This document shows, in pieces, positions 9,133 through 18,190 of a stretch of DNA of 64,000 nt (positions are counted from its first letter, which is position 1; each line of letters begins with the position of its first letter). The position numbers were made by a program, and so were the translations under genes. The stretch is from Rebecca billardiae RCC1528. Lineage: Eukaryota; Protista; Haptophyta. Where the stretch lies: contig OZ251235.1 in the NCBI GenBank assembly GCA_965240325.2, positions 806,001 through 870,000 of the forward strand, written 5' to 3'. The notes below the pieces were generated by a model. The model saw only the letters and a list, made by a program, of their open reading frames with translations. It ran no database searches and was not told the DNA's origin.

Positions 9133-10128
9133 TCATACAGCCGGCGTGCGGCCGGGGGTCACCTCGCCTGACTCATTGCTCACACACTCGCTGCTGTTGA
9201 CCGCAAAGGGCGCAACCTCCTGGATCCTCGACTTGAGCCACAGCTCGTGCCGGATGTGGCCGACCGCGCCGTGCATGTTGGTCAGGTCGCTGGGCCACTT
9301 GAAGCGCGATGCTTGCTCCGGGTCGATCAGCGGCGGCTTCTTGCTGCAGCAGTGGCACCCGCCCATCAGCTCGCACATCGGCGCCTCCCTCCTGGCCACC
9401 AGCTCGGCCAGCTGCGGCCTGTCCTTGAACAGCCCGGAGCACGAGAGGTGGCGCGATTTCCTCGGCTTGCCGAGCGTCTGGTTGAGCGTCTGCCGCCAGC
9501 CCGGGTTCAGCTTGCCACCCTGCGCCTCGAAGGCGAGCATACAACGCTCCACGTCCTCCATCATGCGGTAGGTGCGCACCCAGCAGTCCGCCTGCAAGTC
9601 CGGCAACGAGAGGGCCATGCGCACAGACATCAGCCCGCCAAAGACGCATGCGAAGCGCTCGAAGCCGAGTTGCGGGTCCACGCCCTGCGCGAACACCGCA
9701 CGCGCGGTGCTGCTCGCGAAGAGCTTCATCGTCTTCTGCAGCGCGCCCTCCCCGCCGCGGCCGTACGAGTAGAGTGAGGAATAATAGCTGCACGGGTCGC
9801 GGTAGCTCACGACGACGAAAGCGCGCTTTCGGTCGGCGATCGTCGAGGACTGGAACTCGCGGCGCATGTCGAACCTGCCCTTCCCCACCAGCATGGGGAG
9901 GAGCTCCCTGAGCGTCGTGCCGCCCGTCTTGGGCATGTGGTTGAGCAGCAGGACCTTGCGCCCGGTGAAGACGAGGTCCTCGCCCGGCTCGCTCGGCTCG
10001 CTGGCGGGCGCGATCAGCGACGGAACAGTCGAGTGACGCATCCGGCCGAGGAAGGCGCCCAAGTTCACGAGGGCCGGCAATAACTCTTTAGTCCGGCCAT
10101 CAGCTTTGTGGCCGCGGCGCGGCGGCAT
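9133..10128 (-). CDS. Sulfotransferase-family protein, copy 2 (chimera of copies 1 and 3)
   Basis: Same motifs as copy 1; offset 3278 bp from copy 1 and 3321 bp from copy 3. Confidence 0.7.
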   Translation of the reverse strand: MPPRRGHKADGRTKELLPALVNLGAFLGRMRHSTVPSLIAPASEPSEPGEDLVFTGRKVLLLNHMPKTGGTTLRELLPMLVGKGRFDMRREFQSSTIADRKRAFVVVSYRDPCSYYSSLYSYGRGGEGALQKTMKLFASSTARAVFAQGVDPQLGFERFACVFGGLMSVRMALSLPDLQADCWVRTYRMMEDVERCMLAFEAQGGKLNPGWRQTLNQTLGKPRKSRHLSCSGLFKDRPQLAELVARREAPMCELMGGCHCCSKKPPLIDPEQASRFKWPSDLTNMHGAVGHIRHELWLKSRIQEVAPFAVNSSECVSNESGEVTPGRTPAV

Positions 10129-10217
10129 TGCTCCGCGCGCCTCCGGACGGACAGCGACGCCGACAGCGCGGCAGCGCCGGATCAGGCTGATGCACTTTTG
10201 CACTAATAGAAGGTGCC

Positions 10218-10608
10218 AATGTAACCGTCGCCACGAGGAAGTATGTAACCGTCGCCCCAGCGGCACTTCCAGCGCGCGAGGCGCTCACCGGGCGTGGTGG
10301 CGTCGGGCGCGTACAGTTTACTAAGAATAAGAGACGCACACAGCTCAGGCAGGCGAGATTGACGCCCGCCAACTGTCACCGCCCATGAAGCCGTCGCCGA
10401 TGGTAGCGCCGCCGGAAAAAATCGTTCAGCCGTTACTAGCAGAACACGCCGAGCCCCGCAATCGCGAGCAGCGCGAGCACTGAGCAGGTGGCGCGGGCGC
10501 AAGAGCGCCACGTCAACCGATGTGCCGCTCTGCGAGGTCCGCCCGGCGAGCGGGCCGCCGAGGCGCGCCGTCAGCGGCGTCAGCCCGGCCCCGGTCATGG
10601 ACCTTCAT
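10218..10608 (-). pseudogene. Second TPMT 5' relic with CAGTTTACT insertion (10314-10433)
   Basis: Duplicate of 6940-7330 inside the tandem unit. Confidence 0.8.
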
Positions 10609-10931
10609 CGTCACTCGGTACTCACTCTAGTTAGTCTTACACTCACGTCTCACTCATCACTCAGGGTGAGTCAGGCCGCCGGCGGGACAGCACTCACAGC
10701 AGCTGACGGATACTGACGACCGCGACTGTGAAGTCAGAAGTGTGAGCCGCGTTATTTATTGGTGTGGTGCTAGCTAGGTCTTCCAGTATTTTAAGTCGAC
10801 CGGACTTAACTATAGCTATAGGTCTAGCTATACCGGGATGATGATTGCGTCATCATGCGATTTTAGTTGTAAATTCTACATGCTCGTACGGCCGGTCTTG
10901 GGAGTTACAGCTGAGTTCACATCCGCCGACT

Positions 10932-11588
10932 TGTCCGAGGGAATGAAGAGCCCGAAACGACTGAGCTAAATCGGTTCGCGCGAACCGATTTAGCTCAGTC
11001 GTTTCGGGCTCTTCATTCCCTCGGACATAACCGTAAGTCTCCTGTTGGACACCCCGCGAGGGGCTGTAGTCCTGTCCAGTGTTCTGACGGATTTGTTGTC
11101 GAGGTTTTTCTCTCCCCGCCTGGTCTTACCCAGGTGTTCCACCCTGCGTGCTCGTCTGCTCTGTGGCTTCGTAGAGACTCCGTCTTTTGTGGGCGGTGAG
11201 CCCTTCTTTGCTGCTGTGGCTTTGTGATGAGGCTCTTTTTGTGTCTTTGTTGTTCACCCGGGCGCGACTGTACCCGGAGGTTGCGCGTCGCGTACCGTGC
11301 TCGTTTTTCTTGTCGTCTTTTTCTTTGTCGGTCATCTTCTCGTGCCCCTCTTTCGTTCGTCTTTTTGCCGACTCCTCGCTTTTCATTCCCCCCCGGAGCC
11401 GCGAGGCTCTCGCGAGGTCGAAAGCGCTTCGCATGAAAGGCCAAGAGTTGCCCGCGTCGGTCGCTGGATTCGAACAGGTGACTTTACGGTTGTGTCGAAG
11501 GCGTTGAAGAGCCCGAAACGACTGAGCTAAATCGGTTCGCGCGAACCGATTTAGCTCAGTCGTTTCGGGCTCTTCATTCCCTCGGACA
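10932..11588. mobile_element. Palindromic-TIR element, copy 2 (complete, 657 bp)
   Basis: TGT...ACA termini; 84-bp perfect TIRs; 96-bp perfect palindrome at 10932-11027; 72-bp palindrome at 11505-11576; 5-bp TSD CGACT at 10927-31 and 11589-93. Confidence 0.9.
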
Positions 11589-12453
11589 CGACTATCTTAA
11601 CTAGTTTCTCCGCCGCCGCGAGTCAATTATTCGGTGACCAGCTTACGGCTACGGACGGTTCGAGCCTGCTGCGCTATTGTACATGTAGGGCCGCGCGAGA
11701 TACACATGTGGATTATCCGCGATGCCGATATGATGATGCTGATGAGCGTGGTGAAACCCGCCGATTCAATAAAGGGCGGCAAGTTCAAGCAAGTCGTTAT
11801 AACGTACATCACATCGGCTGTTAGGTAACTAGCTATACTTGATAATGTTCTAGTGTCCGAGTAGTGATGGCTGACGATAACTTTATGGCATATGCTAGAA
11901 TATTTGTGAATACAGTATATGTACATTCTGCAGTATATGTACATTCTGCCGACTCGGCTCACAGTCGATGATCTCGTCGAATTGCAAACTTGTCAGTGCA
12001 CTGCTTGTACCCCGAAGCTTGTTGCCTGTTGGGCCAGTTATGTATGCTGTTGGCAATGGCATGCGGTCCCCGCGCCCTCTGCAGGCGGGCTGTCCACAGT
12101 GGACGGTGGTGCCAGCGGGCGCTAGGTGGATCTCGGACTCAGGTCAGTGGTTTGAGGTTGGGTGGGGGGGGGTGGTTGGTTCAGGGCGGTCGGTTGGGGG
12201 CTGGCCAGGGTCATAGGGCTGGAGGCTTCGTCGGCCGCCGGGCGCCAGCAGCCAGAATCTGATCGTACCCGGTCCCGCCGGAGCCCGTCGTTATAAATCA
12301 AGGGCGGGGAAATAGTTTATACACACACACACACACACACACACACCGTGCGACACATACACACACACCAATATATATATAGTGACGTCTACTGCGACGA
12401 CACCGAAGAAATTGTTTTGATGTCGTCATAATTATATTATTAATTGGTTTTAT

Positions 12454-13449
12454 TCATACAGCCGGCGTGCGGCCGGGGGTCACCTCGCCTGACTCATTGC
12501 TCACACACTCGCTGCTGTTGACCGCAAAGGGCGCAACCTCCTGGATCCTCGACTTGAGCCACAGCTCGTGCCGGATGTGGCCGACCGCGCCGTGCATGTT
12601 GGTCAGGTCGCTGGGCCACTTGAAGCGCGATGCTTGCTCCGGGTCGATCAGCGGCGGCTTCTTGCTGCAGCAGTGGCACCCGCCCATCAGCTCGCACATC
12701 GGCGCCTCCCTCCTGGCCACCAGCTCGGCCAGCTGCGGCCTGTCCTTGAACAGCCCGGAGCACGAGAGGTGGCGCGATTTCCTCGGCTTGCCGAGCGTCT
12801 GGTTGAGCGTCTGCCGCCAGCCCGGGTTCAGCTTGCCACCCTGCGCCTCGAAGGCGAGCATACAACGCTCCACGTCCTCCATCATGCGGTAGGTGCGCAC
12901 CCAGCAGTCCGCCTGCAAGTCCGGCAACGAGAGGGCCATGCGCACAGACATCAGCCCGCCAAAGACGCATGCGAAGCGCTCGAAGCCGAGTTGCGGGTCC
13001 ACGCCCTGCGCGAACACCGCACGCGCGGTGCTGCTCGCGAAGAGCTTCATCGTCTTCTGCAGCGCGCCCTCCCCGCCGCGGCCGTACGAGTAGAGTGAGG
13101 AATAATAGCTGCACGGGTCGCGGTAGCTCACGACGACGAAAGCGCGCTTTCGGTCGGCGATCGTCGAGGACTGGAACTCGCGGCGCATGTCGAACCTGCC
13201 CTTCCTCACCAGCATGGGAAGGAGCTCCCTGAGCGTCGTGCCGCCCGTCTTGGGCATGTGGTTGAGCAGCAGGACCTTGCGCCCGGTGAAGACGAGGTCC
13301 TCGCCCGGCTCGCTCGGCTCGCTGGCGGGCGCGATCAGCGACGGAACAGTCGAGTGACGCATCCGGCCGAGGAAGGCGCCCAAGTTCACGAGGGCCGGCA
13401 GGAACCCTTTGGTCCGGCCGTCAGCGTTGTGGCCGCGGCGCGGCGGCAT
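12454..13449 (-). CDS. Sulfotransferase-family protein, copy 3 (probable original locus)
   Basis: HMPKTGGTTL and RDP motifs; unique upstream sequence, head-to-head with the D27-like gene. Confidence 0.75.
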   Translation of the reverse strand: MPPRRGHNADGRTKGFLPALVNLGAFLGRMRHSTVPSLIAPASEPSEPGEDLVFTGRKVLLLNHMPKTGGTTLRELLPMLVRKGRFDMRREFQSSTIADRKRAFVVVSYRDPCSYYSSLYSYGRGGEGALQKTMKLFASSTARAVFAQGVDPQLGFERFACVFGGLMSVRMALSLPDLQADCWVRTYRMMEDVERCMLAFEAQGGKLNPGWRQTLNQTLGKPRKSRHLSCSGLFKDRPQLAELVARREAPMCELMGGCHCCSKKPPLIDPEQASRFKWPSDLTNMHGAVGHIRHELWLKSRIQEVAPFAVNSSECVSNESGEVTPGRTPAV

Positions 13450-13533
13450 TGCCCTTCCCGAGCGCGGGTGATGCGCGCAATGTCGTGCGGGCGTGCAGCG
13501 TGCTCAGCCCAACTATGAATCAGCGGCGGCACG

Positions 13534-14451
13534 ATGGCGGCGGCCTTCATTTTTCGATCTGCGCTGGTCGCTGGTGTGTCGCCGCCCTTGCGTGCGGTTG
13601 CGCTGGGCTCGAAGGCGAGCGCCACGCCGTGGGACGCCGCACGCGACAGCGGGCCGCTTGGCTCGCGCGTTGACGCCCTGTTCATGTCCCGATTTCGATC
13701 GAAGCTCGCCGCTGAGCTCGGGCGCGACTCGGGCTTGTTGGAGCACGACTACTCGGCAGTGATCGAGCTCGTGAGCGCCCTCCACGCGCGTGATGCCGCG
13801 TCTCCCGTGGCGGTGGCCGCATCTTCGCGCCACGTGCTCCGCTCGCTCTTCCCCAACTGGCCGCCCTTCAACCCGCCGGGCACGGTCGGCCTCCTGCACT
13901 GGTTTGGCGTGCTCTTCGCCCGGCCCTTCCCAGTCTTCAGCGCGCGCCTCAACACGTGGGTGACCTGGCTCGCGGCGCAGTGGCTGATGGGCCCGTGCGA
14001 GATCGGCGACATCGACGAGGCGGACGACCTCGCCCGCCTCGCCGCGGGCTCGGGCGAGGGCCAGCTGCTGCTCGTCAAGCGCTGCCGCTACCTCGAGGAG
14101 AGCGGCTGCGCGTCCATCTGTGTCAACACGTGCAAGATGCCGACGCAGGACTTCTTCGGCGAGGACATGGGCGTGCCGATCACCATCGCGCCAGACTATG
14201 AGACGCTCGAGTGCCGTTTCAAGTTCGGCGTGCCTCCGTCCGCTGAGGACGAGGCGGAGGCGCGCGCGGTGGCATGCTTCTCAGGCTGCCCGCAGCAGCA
14301 GGGCCAGCCGGCCGCACTCACAGGCAGCAGTCTCAGGAGCGGCGGCCGCGCGGCATCCGCGAGTGCATCGCTGCCGCCGACGCCAAGCACGAGTACGCCC
14401 GCCGGGCGATGCGTCCGAATGGGAGACTGCGAGTTGGCTTCAAAGAGCTGA
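13534..14451 (+). CDS. D27: Beta-carotene isomerase D27-like protein
   Basis: WLMGPC and VKRCRYLEESGCASICVNTCKMPTQDFF.EDMGVP.TI.PDYE.LEC.F.FG are diagnostic of the D27/DUF4033 family. Confidence 0.9.
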   Translation: MAAAFIFRSALVAGVSPPLRAVALGSKASATPWDAARDSGPLGSRVDALFMSRFRSKLAAELGRDSGLLEHDYSAVIELVSALHARDAASPVAVAASSRHVLRSLFPNWPPFNPPGTVGLLHWFGVLFARPFPVFSARLNTWVTWLAAQWLMGPCEIGDIDEADDLARLAAGSGEGQLLLVKRCRYLEESGCASICVNTCKMPTQDFFGEDMGVPITIAPDYETLECRFKFGVPPSAEDEAEARAVACFSGCPQQQGQPAALTGSSLRSGGRAASASASLPPTPSTSTPAGRCVRMGDCELASKS

Positions 14452-15220
14452 GCTGCATCGCATACTTATTCGCCAACGTCGGTCCTGCGACGCCGCTTAT
14501 GCCATTCATGAACAACGAACTTAGAGAAGTATTCAGTATGATCATGCCCCGGCCGTCTAATGACTCAGCATCATGTAGTCCATATTATAATTCACACAGT
14601 AAAGAAATCGATTTTCGGCGTTACCGTAACCCGTCCGCACTTCCGCCCAGTGGGGATGCGGGGGATTTTTTTTCATGCCGCGTTCGCGGCACTTCGCGCC
14701 GCGCAGTAAGTCGAATGATAACTCGAAGCCTCCCGGCCGCCTACCCTGACCCTGTCCGAGTAGACAGTGCCTGGCCAGCGGCCCCAACCGTTCCGCCCGG
14801 CCCCAACCAACCTGACTTAGACAGCACCTTAGAACCCCGTTATTCCCCCATACTCCATAGTAAGTCCAGCCACCCGCCGCACTGAAGGCCACTCTGACTG
14901 CGTCAGGCCGGGGCAGCTGACGCAGTCCGACGGACCGACTCACACATGACACATAGCTCGAGCCTCAGCCTGCCCTGACCGTTGACCCGAGTCCTCCATC
15001 GCTTTTAGTGCCAGTGGACACGGCCCGCCTCTTGTTAGACCGGGGGCGGGGGTCATGCAGCCGGCTGCCGCTAGTGATGAGGCTTCAGCCAACAGCACTG
15101 TTACTTGTAAGCCCAGCACTGCGGGGTGGTCCAGGGGCACTCAAAGTGTCAGTGCACTTGAGCACTTCGTGGCAATTCGAGGTCATCGAATGCGAGCCAA
15201 AACTGCAATAGCCTACTGTA

Positions 15221-15373
15221 CAGTTTACTAAGAATAAGACTAAGAGACGCCGGACACACTAACACAGCTCACTGGCAGGCGAGATCGACGCCCGGCCGAA
15301 CTGTCAGTGTCACCGCCCATGAAGCCGTCGCCAATGGTACTTGGTAGCGCCGTCGGAAGATTCGTTCAGCCGT
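15221..15373. mobile_element. CAGTTTACT-family copy with many micro-insertions (may extend to ~15500)
   Basis: Starts TA|CAGTTTACTAAGAATAAG and aligns with 7036-7155; the right boundary is not determinable. Confidence 0.75.
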
Positions 15374-16414
15374 CCGCCTGCGAGGCCTGGATGAGGGCTG
15401 CGGCCGCCTCGCGGCGCGCCAGCATCCCTGCACGCGGGAAGGGGATGACGGAGCGGAGGGGACCGTCACGGCCCATAAAACCGCGTCGCCGACCGGCGGT
15501 AGACAATTATAACAAGTAGCTAATCAAGACGTTTTTTAAATTCCCCTTTATAACCGTACAGCGCCGGGAGACTCACGGGAGACTCACTCAACTTTAATGG
15601 TCGGTCCCGGGCGCAAGGTTGGTGCGCAGGCGACAAGAATTGGCTCACATTTGGGGCGATGGCCGACGCGACGGGAGTGGTGGGTTTGGCAGTCCGCGGC
15701 GGTTATCGCGTTATGACTGCCGCGTCGCTGCTCCGCCGCCGCCCGTGCCCCTCCCCGCTAGGTGGGCGTATACCTGGCCGGACGCGGGCTCGGCGCTCGC
15801 AGCGGCATCGCCGGAGTGACCGCACGGTGACGAGATGTGAGTCGGAAGCAGCTCGCCTTTGCGGCGCGGGTACCAAGCGGAAAGTGAGCGTACCTGCAGG
15901 CGGGCCGACCCTCGGCGTGACAGGCGCACCTTCGGGGCCGGTCAGGGCAGCCCACGTCGTGCAGCCGACCGCTTCCGCCGCGACTGCCCCCCGGCGCACC
16001 CTGCCCCGGCCGACGCCTGAGCACAGCGGCCCCGCCCGGGCCCGGGGCCCCCGGGCGGCAGGCCGCGGCGGCGCCGGCACACTCACGGACAGCCAGCGGC
16101 GCTCCTCCGCCTCCTTCGCTCCCCGTTCCTCGTTGTCCCCCCCTGGCGTGGTGCGCGTGCATCACGCTCGAACTCTCACGATGCTGCTTCGGCGTCCTTC
16201 TGCGGCGGCATCCGACGGTCGTGCGCACTGCGAGGCGGAGCGCGAGGTGCTGGGCACTGCCGTCCGTCGTGCTCCCTCCTCCTCATGGCCCACTGCTTTA
16301 CTCGAGGGGAACGCTCAGCGCCTTCTGCTTCTCTCATCCGCTCGTGCGCGACCACGCTTGTGCTGGGTGTCCTTCTGAGGCGTCCGGTGGCCGGGCGCAC
16401 ATCGGGGGCGCACA

Positions 16415-17228
16415 TCGGGGTGGTAAGTGAGGTGCCGGTGCGCTGCCGTCCGTCGTGCGCGCTCCTCGCTCATCTCCACCTGCTTCGCTCGAGCGTGGGC
16501 GCGCTCGGCGCTGTCTGCCTCGCTCGCGCGCGAGCGCATTTTGGCGCTGGACGAGACTCGTGCGCATCCATGCTGCTTCTGCGTCCATCGGCAGCGTCCG
16601 GCGGCTGGGCGCACGGCGGGGCGGCGCCAGCGGGCGTGTGTCGGGCACGCTCCACGCTCCTCACCAGCTGCTGCGCGCTCGCGGGGGCGCGCTCAACAAC
16701 ACGCTCCTCACCAGCTGCTGCGCGCTTGCGGGGGCGCGCTCAACAACACCTTCTGCCCTTCGTCCGAGCTGGAGCGCATGTCGGCGGCGCGGGCAGTGAG
16801 CGCACACATGCTGCTTCGGAACGTCGGGGTGGTAAGCGAGGTGCCGGTGCGCTGCCGTCCGTCGGGCGCGCTCCTCGCTCATCTCCACCTGCTTCGCTCG
16901 AGCGTGGGCGCGCTCGGCGCTGTCTACCTCGCTCGCGCGCGAGCGCATTTTGGCGCTGGACGAGACTCGTGCGCATCCATGCTGCTTCTGCGTCCATCGG
17001 CAGCGTCCGGCGGCTGGGCGCACGGCGGGGCGGCGCCAGCGGGCGTGTGTCGGGCACGCTCCACGCTCCTCACCAGCTGCTGCGCGCTCGAGGGGGTGCG
17101 CTCAACAACACGCTCCTCACCAGCTGCTGCGCGCTCGCGGGGGCGCGCTCAACAACACCTTCTGCCCTTCGTCCGAGCTGGAGCGCATGTCGGCGGCGCG
17201 GGCAGTGAGCGCACACATGCTACTTCGG
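16415..17228. repeat. Tandem duplication with a 409-bp unit
   Basis: 16415-16823 repeated from 16824 with few substitutions. Confidence 0.9.
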
Positions 17229-17549
17229 CGTCCCGTTCTCGGCCATCTGTTGGGCGGCCGGCGGGGCGGCGCGTGAGGTGTCGTTGCGCTGTCGTCCGTC
17301 GGGCACACTCGTCGCTCATCACCTTCTACTTCGCTTGAGCGGAACCGCGCGCTTCATCACCTTCGATCTGCCCCCCGCTCGAGCGAGCGCGCTTCTTCGG
17401 CGCGGGCCCCTCGGGGCGCAACAGCGGAGCCGCGCGCGCTCCGCGTGTTCGCGCTCGCCGCACGCCGCTGCCGCGCTGCAAGCACGCCGCCGCCACTCGC
17501 CGCCGCACGACTCACCCTTCTCTACAGCTCGCCGTCGCTCACTCGCGCG

Positions 17550-17635
17550 TCTATCTGTCTATCTATCTGTCTATCTATCTGTCTATCTGTCTATCTGTCT
17601 ATCTGTCTATCTGTCTATCTGTCTATCTGTCTATC
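17550..17635. repeat. (TCTA/TCTG)n microsatellite
   Basis: Direct reading. Confidence 0.95.
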
Positions 17636-17683
17636 CCTCGCGCGCGCGCCGATCATCATGCGCCGATCATCGTGTGCGCACCC

Positions 17684-18190
17684 TATCTTCTCCGCGCGTC
17701 ACTTGCGCCTATCTCATCTCCGCGCGTTACTTGCGCCTACTATCTACTTCTCCGCGCGTTACTTGCGCCTGTCTCCGCGCGTCACTTGCGCCTATCTACT
17801 TCTCCGCGCGTTACTTGCGCCTACTATATCTACTTCCCCACGCGTTTCTTGCGCCTGTCTCCGCGCGTCACTTGTGCCTATACCTCCTCCGCGCGTTACT
17901 TGCGCCTATACTATCTACTTCTCCGCGCGTTACTTGCGCCTGTCTCCGCGCGTTACTTGCGCCTACTATATCTTCTCCGCGCGTTTACTTGCGCCTATCT
18001 TCTCCGCGCGTTACTTGCGCCTATGTCTCCGCGCGTTACTTGCGCCTACTATATCTTCTCCGCGCGTTACTTGCGCCTATCTTCTCCGCGCGTTACTTGC
18101 GCCTATCTCCTCCGCGCGTTACTTGCGCCTATGTCCTCCGCGCCTATCGTCTCCGCGCGCATCTTCTCCGCGCGTCACTCGCACCTGTCT
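17684..18190. repeat. Minisatellite, core CTCCGCGCGTTACTTGCGCCT plus a variable linker
   Basis: More than 15 imperfect units. Confidence 0.9.

Noticed and set aside
10942-11015. Hammerhead ribozyme (TGAAGA-GCCC-GAAAC)
   Set aside because: It lacks the conserved C of CUGANGA, helix II is implausibly short, and the pairing is explained by the palindrome.
11455-11540. Functional tRNA gene
   Set aside because: The D-loop lacks GG, there is no clean anticodon or acceptor stem, and the T-stem is mispaired; kept only as tRNA-like.
17684-18190. CRISPR-like array
   Set aside because: The linkers are short and related to each other rather than unique spacers; the context is eukaryotic with no cas genes.
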